Positions 29,713-40,817 of a stretch of 64,000 nt of DNA are shown piece after piece. The DNA lies in NCBI GenBank assembly GCA_963724775.1, contig CAVRWB010000016.1:28815-92814 (forward strand). Reading direction: 5' to 3'. Under the pieces are notes generated by a model that saw only the letters and a program-made list of their open reading frames with translations, ran no database searches and was not told the DNA's origin. This DNA comes from an uncultured Acidobacteriota bacterium. Its GTDB lineage: Bacteria > Acidobacteriota > Vicinamibacteria > Vicinamibacterales > Fen-181. The stretch's first letter is position 1. Every line of letters begins with the position of its first letter. Both the position numbers and the translations under genes were made by a program.

Positions 29713-30606
29713 GCCCCCCGCTTCGAAGTCGAGCACGATGACGTTGGCCAGGCCGATTCGCGCCCGCGCCGGCAGCGGCACTTCCACCCCCTTGTCGCGC
29801 TTGCGCCCTTCGACCACCTCGATGCTCGACGGCACGGCCTCGCCGTCCACCGTCGTGCCGAGGCTGCTGAGATCCTTGAGGAAGAACTGGCCCGTCGCCT
29901 CGTCGCGCCGCAGCCGCAGGTGCTCGCGCGACACGTCCGCGGAGGTGTCGAGCTTCACGTCCACCCAGTAGCCCACGCCGCCGCGCCCGACCACCAGCTG
30001 GTTCTTGGTGATGGCGATCTTCTGCGGCCCCCGACGATCTTCATACGCAAGGGTGCCGAAGATGGTTCCGCCCGAGGCTGGCGCGGGTGTCACGGGCCCG
30101 GTCGAGATCACCTGCTCGCGCGTGCTCGTCGACTCGCCCAGGCGCATCGTCGTGATGCGGCGCGTACGCGTGCCGTCGAACTCGGGCTGCTTCGGGAACG
30201 TCAGCTCCGAGGCGATCGCAATGTCGCCCGGCTGCATCTCGCCGTCGGCATCCGGCTCGAACCGGATGTCCCAGGGTTCCGGCGGGGGCTCGATCGGCAG
30301 CGGCCGGTCCTCGCCCCCGACGCCAGCCCTGAGCGAGGCCGCGACGCGGTCGAGTCGAAGGGGCCACTTGTTCGGCTTTGCCTTGCCGTTCCACTTCCGG
30401 ACCTCCTCGTCGAGCGCGCGCCGCGCCTGCTCGACGAGGAGCGGGAAGATGCCCTCCAGCCGCTGGTGATCGGCCGGGTGCAGGTAGACGAAGAAACGCG
30501 TCGGCGCGACGGTCGAGAACAGGAGCGGCTCGACGTTGCCGCGCATGGCGCGGACGATCTCGAGAATGATGTCGCGGCCGGTGGCCAGCTTGTCGGTGTC
30601 GTCCAT
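29704..30606 (-). CDS. FHA-domain protein (FhaA-like)
   Basis: C-terminal FHA domain (VVGRGG...SREHLRLRRD...GQFFLKDLSSLGTTVDGE). The N-terminal region resembles DUF3662. Confidence 0.7.
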   Translation of the reverse strand: MDDTDKLATGRDIILEIVRAMRGNVEPLLFSTVAPTRFFVYLHPADHQRLEGIFPLLVEQARRALDEEVRKWNGKAKPNKWPLRLDRVAASLRAGVGGEDRPLPIEPPPEPWDIRFEPDADGEMQPGDIAIASELTFPKQPEFDGTRTRRITTMRLGESTSTREQVISTGPVTPAPASGGTIFGTLAYEDRRGPQKIAITKNQLVVGRGGVGYWVDVKLDTSADVSREHLRLRRDEATGQFFLKDLSSLGTTVDGEAVPSSIEVVEGRKRDKGVEVPLPARARIGLANVIVLDFEAGGAR

Positions 30607-30810
30607 CGGGAGACTACGTTACCACCCTGCCACTTTCACGTGTAGCGCGAACGTTCCGTTCGGCCCCAAGCCGCGGGGCCGAGGGTCCACCGGTCTCCGC
30701 CCTTCGCGTGATGCAGAGCACCGCCAGCATCGCCAGGGGCAGGACCACGCATGCCAGCGTGACGAACGTCGCAACGAAGATCAGGAAGATCACGCTCTGC
30801 TCCCGTCCGC

Positions 30811-32951
30811 TCACCGGTTCGAGTCATCGGCGGCCTCGTCGGCCGCCGGATGGACGATGTCCTCGGCGGCGGGCGGTTGGCCGCCGCTCGCCGCGAACCC
30901 CTCGACGAATCGTTCCAGCTCGCGCAGGTTGGAGGCGTCCCGGCCTCCGTCGGCCAGGTCGAGCCCGGCCTTTTCGGCGAGCAGCATCGAGAGCAGCTTG
31001 CCGAAGAGGCTCAGGCCCGCCAGCGGCGCCGCGCCGCCGTCGCCGCCCATCATGAGCATCCGCTCCGGCACCAGCGGCTGCTGGCTGCGCGCCATCTGCT
31101 CGCGACACCAGGTTCAGCGCGAAGAGGCGCGGGTCGCCGTAGGCCCGGATCTTCTTGAGGAACACACCCGCCTCGGCGAGACCCGTCTGCGCGATGCGCG
31201 ACGCCTCGCCGCGGCCGAGCAGCTCGCGCGCGCGGCCCTCGCCGTCCGCCCGCGTCACGTCGCGCTCCGCGAGCCGGCGCGCCTCGGCAAGCTGCGCCTC
31301 GCCGCGGTTGGCCGCGATGGACACATCCACTGCCGTCTGCGTCAGCTCCGTCTGCTTGTCCGCCGCGGCGCGCGCCTCGTTCAGCTCGCGCTGCTTGGTC
31401 GCCGCCTCCTGCTGGCGTGCGTACGTTTCGACCTGCTCGTTGGCCAGCCGCCGCTGCCGCAGCTGGTCGAACAGGCTCTGGATCGGGTCCTGGCCCTTGT
31501 GCGCGGCGTCCAGCTGCGACTCCGGCCGGCCGATCAGCACCGCGACGCAGGTGATGTCGTAGTCGCGGAAGCGGCGTCCGAGTTCCTCGGTGCCGCGGCG
31601 CTGGATCTCCTCGCGGTGCGTCAGCAGGTCGAGCATCTGCGTCGATCTGGGCGACGTCGCGGAAGTACGCCGAGATGATCGGGTCGAGCGTCTGGCTGAT
31701 CAGCCGTCGCACGTCGCCGAACCGCTGCACCACGCGCGGCGCCATCTCGTAGTCGATGTGCAGCACCAGCGAGAGCGGCAGCAGCGGCTCGTAGCCGTCG
31801 GCGGTGATCAGCGCGATGCTCGTGAGGTCCTTGTCGTACTGGTGCTCTTCGGTCATCCCGGTGATCCACCGCAGGACGAAGTTCACCGTCGGCACCAGCT
31901 CCACCTTCAGCGCGTAGGGGTTGAGCGGGTACTTTCCGGGAGGCAGCGGCTTCCGCCAGACGCCGCGGCGGCCGGGCTCCACCTGCTCGCCGTAGCGGAA
32001 CTGCTCGCCCGTCAGGTCCTCGCCCAGGTTGCCGTAGTACGAGACCACCACGCCGACGTAGCCGATCGGGATGACGGTCTTCGGCTCGAAACTCCACCGT
32101 CGCGAACCAGCGGTTGACGAAGTACGTGCCGTCGGTGAGCACCTGGAGCTGCTTGCCGCGCCGGCCGCCGAGCGCGAGCACGGCCTCGGGGTCCTGGAAG
32201 CAGTCGTGGTCCGGCGCGCCGGCCGGCGGCGTGCACCTCGGGCGCGATGACTTCGCCCGACTCGATCGGCGGGCCGTCGTGGATCGTCACGACGCCGATG
32301 TTGTCGCGCGGCGCTGGCCCCCGCGGGGTCGTCGGTCGGCTCGGCCTCGTCGTGGCGAAGCGGCGCGCCCGAGCCGACGACGACCGGATCGAAGCCGCCG
32401 ATGTCGTGCAGCTGCGCCTGCCAGCCGGCGTAAAGCTGGTGGTTTCGCTCGCGGACCGGACCCTGGTACACGCGGTCCTCGGCGACCACGACGAAGAGCG
32501 CCAGGTTGATCGCGTAGACGCCCTCGCGCAGGATGGCGCGCTGGCGGCCGCGCTGGCCGCCGCCCGCGAGGAACGCGGCGGGCGTCCTGGAAGTTGTTGC
32601 ACGCGATGACGCGGCCGAGCGTCTGCACCGGGGCAAGCGGCTCGCCGTCGCGCGAGTAGACGTAGCCGATCTTGCCTTCCGGGATCGACGACCAGCGGCT
32701 CGCGGTGGATCCGGTACTGCCACGGGAAGTAGAAGGCGTGCACGCCGCCGCGCAGGAGGTCGGCCTGGAAGCCGGCCTCGCCGCCGGCCGCCACGATGCG
32801 ACCCTCCTTCAGCGAACCCTTTGCCCGCCCAGAGCTTCTCCACGATGCCGACCTTGTTGTGGGGGATGTAGCGGAAGCCGAGCAGCCAGGACGCGAACAC
32901 CAGGCCGAACAGGGCTTCGGCCAGCCAGATCGCCGCAGTCACGAGCGTCAC
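30811..32951 (-). CDS. Flotillin / SPFH-domain protein (YqiK-like), several apparent frameshifts
   Basis: GTG at 32951 with an AAAGGAGA RBS. Flotillin motifs (RYIPHNKVGIVEKLW, FQADLLRGGVHAFYFPWQYRIHR, LQVLTDGTYFVNRWFATVE, coiled-coil EA-rich C-terminus) lie across at least 4 frames. Confidence 0.65.
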
Positions 32952-33134
32952 AAGGGTCTCCTTTGAAGCACCCGCCGGGCGGGTGTTTCCCCTTGAGGGG
33001 CAAGCGGAGCGCCATGTGAGCCGTAACGCTATCCCTTTATGTATCAATTACTTCTGGGACGGCGCGGCGGTTAACAGGTGAGGATGATTATCAGGTAATG
33101 AGAAAAAACCTCAGGCCCGGGTAGACTGGAGGGC

Positions 33135-34527
33135 ATGCACGCGCACATCCTGGTCTTCGAGCCGCCCGGTCAGTCCCTTGCCGACCTGCGCGGCGTCATC
33201 GAGCGGGTTCTTGCGGACTCGGCGGACGTGGAGACGGTCTCCGACGCCTCCGCCTTGCTTCAGCGGGTTCGCCGCGACGCGTCGCTGGACCTGGTCGTGG
33301 TTCCCTATTCGGGGAATGAGGAGGCCGGAGGCCGGCGCGAGCGTGCGGAGCCTGAGGGCCTGCGATGCCGAGTTGCCGATCGTGGCGGTGGCGACGCACG
33401 GCGACGTGAAGCTGGCCGCGGAGGCGGTCAGCGCCGGTGCCACGGACTTCCTCGTGCGCGGCGATCGCCTCGAAGAACGGGTGCGAACCCTGCTCGGAAA
33501 GCTGCGGCGCATCGTCCTGCTGTTGCGGCAGAACCGGTCGCTCGCCGAGCAGAACCGGCAGCTGCGGGGAACTGATGCGGAGCGGTCTCGCCTCGTCGGT
33601 GAGTCGCTGCCGATCCGGGAGGTGCGGGAGCGCATTGCGCGCGTCGCGGTGATTCCGCGCCCCGTGTTGATCCTCGGCGAGCGCGGCACGGGCAAGGAGC
33701 TGGTGGCGCGGGCGATTCACGCCGCGTCGGGGCGAACCGACGGGCCGTTCGTTGCCGTCAACTGTGCGGCGTTTCCCGAAGCCCTGCTCGAGAGCGAGCT
33801 GTTCGGCCACGAGAAGGGCGCCTTCACGGGCGCCGACCGCCTCGTGCCGGGCAAGTTCGAGCAGGCGTCGGGCGGGACGCTCTTCCTCGACGAGATCTCG
33901 CACATGCCGACCGCCTTCCAGCAGAAGATCCTGCGGGTGGTCGAGTACGGCACGTTCGCCCGGGTTGGCGGCACGCGGGACGTGCGGGCCGACGTACGCG
34001 TGGTCGCCGCCAGCAATGCCGACCTCGAGCAGGGCATTCGAGACGGATGGTTCCTCGCCGACCTGTACGATCGCCTCGCGTTCGACGTGGTGCGGGTGCC
34101 GCCGCTGCGCGAGCGGCGGGGCGACGTTCCGATCCTGGCGACGCACTTTCTTCGCGAGTTCCTCCGCGAGGTGCCCGCGCTCGGTGAGAAGCCGTTTGCC
34201 GCGGACGCGATGGCCGCGCTGGAGCGTTACGCGTTCCCGGGCAACGTGCGCGAGCTGAAGACCATCATCGAGCGCGCGGCCTACCGCGACACCACGCAGG
34301 AGATCAACGTCGAGGACCTCGCGCTGCCCCGCGACGCGACCAACGGCGCGGAAGGCACCTTCGAAGAGCGCGTGGCCGCCTACGAACGCCGGCTCGTCGA
34401 GCATGCGCTGGCGGCCGCGGGAGGCAACCAGGCGGAGGCCGCGCGCAGCCTCGGCCTGGCGTATCACCGGTTCCGGTACTACCTGCAGAAAGGCAGGACA
34501 GCGCGGACCTCGGAACGGCGAACGTAG
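33135..34527 (+). CDS. Sigma-54-dependent transcriptional activator (NtrC family) with apparently degenerate receiver domain; apparent frameshift near 33330
   Basis: AAA+ sigma-54 interaction domain (GERGTGKELVARAIH, GAFTGA, ESELFGHEKGAFTGA) and a C-terminal Fis-type HTH. The N-terminal receiver lacks the usual DD pocket and the phospho-acceptor Asp (ILVFEPPG...LDLVVVPYS). Confidence 0.75.
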
Positions 34528-34565
34528 AACGGAGAACCGAGAACTGAGAACGTAGAACGGAGAAG
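34510..34565. repeat. GAACGKAGAAC-type tandem repeats overlapping the last codons and stop of the sigma-54 activator gene
   Basis: ctcggaacggcgaacgtagaacggagaaccgagaactgagaacgtagaacggagaagcg. Confidence 0.6.
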
Positions 34566-34602
34566 CGTCCCCACCTCGCCTCAGCCGCTGGCACTCGGCA
34601 TC

Positions 34603-35145
34603 CTACCTGTTCTGAACGAGATCCGTGATGTGCGCGGGACGGTCGGCAGCTTCGCGCGCCGCCTGCCGCCCCATTTCGATCGCCTCGCGCGTCTCCCAGC
34701 GATCATCCCGGCCGCGCCGCCAGCCGATCCGCTTGAAGAGCTCTCGCATGCCCCCCTCGTCCTTCACGTCGGGCGCGTCCGCGATCTCGCTGACGTGTTG
34801 CAGCTCGTGCCCCAACGCGCCCACCAGGTCGGTGGGGCTGCGGAAAGGATCGACGGTCACGAGCACGTACCGAGCTCCGGGCGCCGAGGAAATCATATTG
34901 GTCTTCCCGATCATCTCGCCTTCAAGCACGCCGAGATGCAGGAACACCACGAGGTCGCTGCGCTCGATGCGCGAGGCGAGCCGCCGGACCGTGGAGGACT
35001 GCGCAACCGCATCCTGGAACAGCTGCAGGCTGCGGGGCTCGAGGCAGCGGATGTGGGTGAACGGAAGCGGCTTGGCGTCAGCAGGTATCGCAAGCGCGGC
35101 AAGGACGAGCGCGGCCAGCGTCAGTGTGCAGAGACGTGCCCTCAT
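34603..35145 (-). CDS. Small secreted protein with HExxH motif (putative zinc metallopeptidase)
   Basis: Signal peptide MRARLCTLTLAALVLAALAIPADA. Contains LGHELQHVSE. Confidence 0.35.
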   Translation of the reverse strand: MRARLCTLTLAALVLAALAIPADAKPLPFTHIRCLEPRSLQLFQDAVAQSSTVRRLASRIERSDLVVFLHLGVLEGEMIGKTNMISSAPGARYVLVTVDPFRSPTDLVGALGHELQHVSEIADAPDVKDEGGMRELFKRIGWRRGRDDRWETREAIEMGRQAAREAADRPAHITDLVQNR

Positions 35146-35319
35146 GGTCTCCTCCGCGGGTGAACGACGTCGGGATGTCAGGTGGCCCTGCACGTGGAGA
35201 CGATCCGGAGGCTGGCGGCGACGAGGAAATGTGACGAGAAGCGGAAACCGGGGACGAGCCGCAAAGGAGAGGGACAGGCGACAGGAAGGCCCGTAGAGGA
35301 GGAGTTCAGCCCTGCGCGA

Positions 35320-35661
35320 TCACAACCCCAGGCGTGCGTGAAGCTGATCGCGATAACTGCGGCTCAGCGTGAGGCGGACGCCATCGGACAGGATGACGAG
35401 CCACTCGCCGCCGTCGAGCGGCTGGAGCTCGCGGATCCGCTCGATGTTGACGATGCGGGAGCGATGGATGCGGAAGAAGACGGCGGGATCGAGGCAGCGC
35501 TGCATGGCGGCCATCGTTCGGCGGACGGTATGACGATCGCGCCCGACGTGCAGCGTCACGTAGTTGCCGCAGGCCTCCACCCAGTCAATCTCGTCCGCGC
35601 GCACGAAGATGACTCGGCCATGCATCTTGACCGCGACACGGTCGAATCCCGTCGCCGCCAT
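35320..35661 (-). CDS. Stand-alone LytTR DNA-binding domain protein
   Basis: IFVRADEIDWVEACGNYVTLHV...FFRIHRSRIVNIERIRELQP matches the LytTR consensus. Confidence 0.6.
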   Translation of the reverse strand: MAATGFDRVAVKMHGRVIFVRADEIDWVEACGNYVTLHVGRDRHTVRRTMAAMQRCLDPAVFFRIHRSRIVNIERIRELQPLDGGEWLVILSDGVRLTLSRSYRDQLHARLGL

Positions 35662-35780
35662 GGTTGGTTGGACGGGAGCGGCGGCCGAACGGTTCGCAGC
35701 TGGTCCAGCAAAGCCGGAGCATTGCGCCACGCCGAGTCCAAACCGCCAGCTTCGCGCGCTGGACGCGCTATGCTCGACTC

Positions 35781-37322
35781 ATGCGCCTTGCTGAACTGGT
35801 CAGCATGTCGAACGGGGTGGCGGGCGTCAGCGGCCGCCTGGACAAACTCGATCGGCTCGCAACGCTTCTCGCGCGGCTCGAACCGGAGGAGATTCCTGTC
35901 GCCGTCGCATTCCTCTCCGGCGCGACTCGCCAGGGACGCATCGGCCTCGGCGCCAGCGTGATCAGGCAGGCGGCTGCGGCCGAGCCCGCTGACGCGCCGA
36001 CCCTCACGCTGCTCGACGTGGACCGCGCGTTCGATGCGATGTCGACCGTCTCGGGGCGCGGCGCCGCCGGGGAGCGCGTGCGGCTGCTGCACGAGATGTT
36101 CGCGCGCGCGACGGTCGAGGAGCGGGAGTTCCTCGTGCGGCTCCTCTTCGGTGAGCTTCGCCAGGGCGCGCTCGAGGGAATGCTCGCCGACGCGGTGGCA
36201 AGGGCCGCGCGCGTGCCGGCGGCCTCGGTCCGCCGGGCCGCGATGCTCGCCGGCGATCTCGGCCGGGTGGCGGCAACGGCGCTGGCCGAGGGCGAAGGGG
36301 GCCTCGCCCGCTTCGCGGTCACGATCCTGTGCCCCGTGCAGCCCATGCTCGCGGACACCGCCGAGGACGTCGGTGCGGCGCTCGATCGCCTCGGCGAGGC
36401 GGCGCTCGAGTACAAGCTCGACGGCGCACGCATCCAGGTCCACAAGGCCGGCGACGAGGTGAAGGTCTTTTCGCGGAACCTGCGCGACGTGACCATCGCC
36501 GTGCCCGAAGTCGTCGCGGCTGTCCGCGCGCTGCCGGCGAGCGACGCGATCCTGGACGGAGAGGTGATCGGGTTCCGGCCGGACGGGGCGCCGCTGCCAT
36601 TCCAGGTCACGATGCGGCGCTTCGGCCGAAAGCTGGACGTCGAACGCCTGCGCTCGGAGATCCCGGTGCAGCCCTTCTTCTTCGACCTTCTGAGGCGCGA
36701 CGGCCAGACCATGATCGATGCGCCGCAAGCGGAGCGATTCGAGCAGCTGCGAGGCATGGTGAGGCCGGAACACGTCGTGCCCCACCTGCGTACCGCTGAC
36801 AGGGGCGAAGCGACGGCTTTCGTGGACCTGGCGCTGACGCGCGGGCACGAGGGCGTGATGGCCAAGGCGCTGGACGCGCCCTACGCGGCCGGCAGCCGGG
36901 GGCAGGCCTGGCTGAAGATCAAGCGGGCGCGGACGCTCGATCTTGCCGTGTTGGCCGCGGAGTGGGGGCATGGACGCCGCCGCGGCTGGCTCAGCAACCT
37001 GCACCTTGGCGCCCGAGACGCGGAGAGCGGCCAGTTCGTGATGCTCGGCAAGACCTTCAAGGGCCTGACCGACGAGTTGCTCGCCTGGCAAACGGAGGCC
37101 CTCCTTCGCCTCGAGACCTCGCGCGACGCGTACACTGTCTTCGTCCGGCCGGAACTGGTGGTCGAAGTGGCGTTCAACGACGTGCAGGAGAGCCCGCAGT
37201 ACCCGGGCGGCCTCGCGCTCCGGTTCGCCCGCGTCAAGCGCTACCGCCCGGACAAGAAGGCGTCGCAGGCAGACACCTTCGCAACCGTCCAGGAAATCTA
37301 CCGAGAGACGACGGGAAAGTAA
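35781..37322 (+). CDS. ATP-dependent DNA ligase (LigB/LigD-ligase-domain type)
   Basis: Adenylation motif I EYKLDGARIQ (Lys). Motifs III, IV and V follow, then an OB-fold and the C-terminal ligase motif VI. There is no frameshift. Confidence 0.8.
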   Translation: MRLAELVSMSNGVAGVSGRLDKLDRLATLLARLEPEEIPVAVAFLSGATRQGRIGLGASVIRQAAAAEPADAPTLTLLDVDRAFDAMSTVSGRGAAGERVRLLHEMFARATVEEREFLVRLLFGELRQGALEGMLADAVARAARVPAASVRRAAMLAGDLGRVAATALAEGEGGLARFAVTILCPVQPMLADTAEDVGAALDRLGEAALEYKLDGARIQVHKAGDEVKVFSRNLRDVTIAVPEVVAAVRALPASDAILDGEVIGFRPDGAPLPFQVTMRRFGRKLDVERLRSEIPVQPFFFDLLRRDGQTMIDAPQAERFEQLRGMVRPEHVVPHLRTADRGEATAFVDLALTRGHEGVMAKALDAPYAAGSRGQAWLKIKRARTLDLAVLAAEWGHGRRRGWLSNLHLGARDAESGQFVMLGKTFKGLTDELLAWQTEALLRLETSRDAYTVFVRPELVVEVAFNDVQESPQYPGGLALRFARVKRYRPDKKASQADTFATVQEIYRETTGK

Positions 37323-37671
37323 GAAACAATCTAAGAAGAGAGACACAGAGACACGGAGGCGACCCCGGGGGAACCCTTCGGGCGGTCGGCGGAGCCGACC
37401 GCCGCCGGCGGGTGGGGGGACGCGCCGCGCGAACACGCCTCCATGCGCCCCGGGCGTGCTCGCTCGGCGCGTCCCGCCTCCCGCCGCCGCGCGCCGATGG
37501 CGCGCGCGAAGGGCGGAGCGGTCGCTCGGCTCTGTGTCTTTTCCGGTCTTCTCTGTGCCTCTGTGCCTCTCTTCTTGATTCGTCAGGTGGTGGGCGGTAC
37601 CTGTGGGCGGAGCAAATCGCCAAATCGCCAAATCGTGAAATCGCCAAATCGCAAAATGGCCAAAATCTCCC
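37323..37671. repeat. Repeat-rich intergenic region: GAGACACAGAGACAC, its inverted complement TCTGTGCCTCTGTGCCTC, and (AAATCGCC)n x6 immediately before the glycyl-radical enzyme start
   Basis: Read directly from the sequence 37330-37370 and 37540-37670. Confidence 0.6.
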
Positions 37672-40073
37672 ATGTCCTTGGTTGTTGAGCCTTCCATCGT
37701 CCGGCCGCACACTCCCGCGACGGCTCGCGTGCGCGCCGGGGCGCAGCGCATCGTCGCGGTGACGCCCGAGCTGTTCGCAGACCGGGCGCTCGCAGCCACC
37801 CGGAGCTGGCGGGAAACCGAGGGGCAACCGCTGCCGATTCGCCGCGCGCGCATGCTCGCGCGGATCCTGGCGGACCATCCCCTCTCCATTCAGGACGGAG
37901 AGGTGATCGTCGGGATGAAGACGCGAAAGCCCCGCGGATCGCCGGTCTTCCCGGAGATCAACTGCGCGTGGGTGGAGCGCGATCTCGACCGGCTGCCCAC
38001 CCGCAGCGACACGCCGTTCTTCGTCGCGGACGAGACCAAGCGCCTCTTGCGCGAGGACGTGTTCCCGTACTGGCGTGGCCGGCAGATCGTGGACCGATTG
38101 ATGGAGGCGGTGCCGCCCGAACAGTGGCGGGCAGACGAGCGCGGCGTCCTGTATCACTACTTCCGCTCGCGGACGATTGGGCACATCAACGCCGGCTACG
38201 ACAAGGTCCTGACGCGGGGGATGGACGGCATCCGCGCGGACGTTCAGCGCGCCCTCGATGCGCTCGACCCGTCCGATCAGGCGACACCCGAGCGCCGCGC
38301 CTTCCTCGAATCTGTCGAAATCGTGTGTGGCGCCGTCGTCGCCTTCGCGCGCCGGCACGCGGAGGCCGCGAGGCGCGCCGCCGCGGCCGAGCCGGATCCG
38401 GCCCGTCGCGCCGAGCTGCTCCGCGTGGCAGACGTATGCGAGCGCGTGCCGGCCTCTCCGGCCCTCTCCTTTCAGGAAGCGCTGCAATCGTTCTGGTTCA
38501 CGCATCTCGTCCTCAACCTCGAGACCGACGGTCACGCGTTCGGACCCGGCCGCTTCGACCAGTACCATCTATCCCTGTTTCCGGCGCAGCATAGACGCGG
38601 GCGACCTGACGCTCGACGAGGCCCAGGAACTCCTCGACCTCCTCTGGCTGAAGTTCGACGAGATCACCCTGGCGAAGGACTCGGGCGAGTCGCAGACGAG
38701 CAGCTCGTACCCGGACTTTCAGAACCTGAACGTCGGCGGGCTCACGCGGGACGGTCGCGACGCGACCAACGAGCTGTCGTTCATGTGCCTGACGGCGCTG
38801 GAGCACGTGCGGCTGCCGCAGCCCGGGTTGTCCGCGCAGATCAGCTCCAAGACGCCGCCAGCCTTCCTGCTGCGCTGCTGTCAGCTGCTTCGCCAGGGCA
38901 TGGGCATGCCGGCGATGTTCAATGCGGACGTGCTGGTGCTGGGGATGGTGAACCGCGGCAAGACGCTGGGAGACGCCCGAGCGAGCAGCCTCAACGGGTG
39001 CGTCGCCGCGTTCTGCGACGGCAAGGATCGCATGGCGTCCAGCGGGTACTTCAACCTGGCGAAATGCCTCGAGCTGGCCCTCAACGACGGCGTGGACCGT
39101 TTGACCGGCGAACAGCTCGGGCCGCGAACCGGCGATCCGCGCGCCTTCTCGTCCTTCGAAGAGGTGGTGACCGCGTTCCGCGCGCAGGTCGCCCACTTCG
39201 CCCACGAGAAGGTCCAGTACGACGACATCGTGCGCGGCGTCTACGCGCGCTGGTGCCCGGTGCCGTTCACCTCCGCGCTCATCGACGACTGCGTCGAGCG
39301 CGGCCTCGACTGGCACGCCGGCGGCTCGCACTACAAGATCGCCACGGTGTCTGGCGTTGCGGTTGGCACCGTCGCGGACGCCCTCTCGGGCATCCGCACG
39401 CACGTCTTCGAAGAGGGGCGGGTCAGCATGGCCGCACTCGTCGACGCGCTCGACCGCAACTGGCAGGGATGCGAGGTCATCCGCCAGGTGCTGGTGAACC
39501 GCACGCCCCATTACGGCAACGACCAGGACGAGGCGGACGACCTGGCCGTCCTCACCCAACGCATCTTCTGCGAGGAGATCGAGCGTCACACCGACCTGCA
39601 GGGCGCCCGATACTGGGTGGACCTGCTTCCCACCACCTCGCACATCGCGCTCGGCGAGGTGACAGGCGCGACGCCAGACGGCCGCTTCGCCGGCACGCCG
39701 TTATCCGAAGGGGTGTCACCCGTGCAGGGCCACGACCGGTCGCGGTCCGACCGCCGCCGCGCACTCGGTCGCCAAGCTCGATCACGCGCGAACCAACGGC
39801 ACGCTCCTGAACCTGAAGATCGACCCGCGCTGCCTGTCGGCGGAGTCGGAGTTGCAGAAGCTCGCCGCACTCATTCGGGGCTACTTCCACCAGGGCGGTC
39901 ATCACGTGCAGTTCAACGTCGTGGATCGCGAGATCCTGCTGGACGCGATGACGCACCCCGAGCAGCACCGCGACCTCATCGTCCGCGTGGCGGGCTACTC
40001 CGACTACTTCGTCCTGTTGAGTTCCGACATCCAGCGCGAGATCCTCTCGCGAACGGAACACGGGCTGCCGTGA
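37672..40073 (+). CDS. Glycyl-radical enzyme of the pyruvate-formate-lyase superfamily, at least 2 apparent frameshifts (about 38560 and about 39750)
   Basis: PFL-like N-terminal and core domains. The C-terminal glycine-radical motif is RVAGYSDYFVLLSSDIQREI. The candidate Cys-loop is LNGCVAAFCDG. No activase gene is adjacent. Confidence 0.7.
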
Positions 40074-40124
40074 GCGGGCGCTTCCATCCGGCACACCTGT
40101 CGCAGGTACGGGCTCCAAGGCCAG

Positions 40125-40817
40125 TTGGGGGAGCCTGCCATGCCGTTGTTTGCCCGATCTGTAGCACGCACTGCCGCAATGTGCCTTGCCGCGGCCGTCA
40201 GCGCAGCCGAGGTCGCCAGCGCGGACACCATTCAGATCGCGAGCGGCGCGCTGCGATTTGGGGTGACCTTCGGCACGCTCGAGATTGCCGGTGACCACGG
40301 ATTCACCATGTTCTCCGCCGTCGACGTCGCGGGCGGCATCTATGCGCCGTGGGAAGTCTGTTCGTCACCCGTCTGCGGGCCGGGCGCGGCCATCCCGTTG
40401 TTCGCCGCCTGGTCGGGAAACGACCTGCCGGGAGTCGCGACGCTGGATGGAAACGTCTACCCACGGCTGGGCAGCTTGAGCGAGGTGCAGGGGGCGGCAG
40501 TCCAGTTCTTCGGGCAGGCGACGGCGCCGCCGCTGGGCGCCAGTTCCTCGGCGGTCGTCACCGCGCCCTTCACCTTCACCGGCTTCTTCATGCAACCGAC
40601 CGGAATCGGCTTCGAGTCGGCGAGGCACGACCTGGTCGGTTCCGGAACGACGACGCTGTGGCTCGAGAAGAACTTCGAGGGGACGACGTGGCGCGCGGTT
40701 GCCAGCCGCTATGAGTTCGAGCCGTTGGCTACGCCGGAGCCCGCGACGGTCGTCCTGCTCGGCTCGGGCCTGGCGCTGGCGTTCGCGCGCCGGCGGCTCA
40801 AAAGCTCGCGGCGTTGA
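40125..40817 (+). CDS. PEP-CTERM sorting-signal protein
   Basis: C-terminal PEPATVVLLGSGLALAFARRRLK matches PEP-CTERM (PEP, TM, basic tail). An N-terminal signal peptide is present. Confidence 0.7.
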   Translation: MGEPAMPLFARSVARTAAMCLAAAVSAAEVASADTIQIASGALRFGVTFGTLEIAGDHGFTMFSAVDVAGGIYAPWEVCSSPVCGPGAAIPLFAAWSGNDLPGVATLDGNVYPRLGSLSEVQGAAVQFFGQATAPPLGASSSAVVTAPFTFTGFFMQPTGIGFESARHDLVGSGTTTLWLEKNFEGTTWRAVASRYEFEPLATPEPATVVLLGSGLALAFARRRLKSSRR

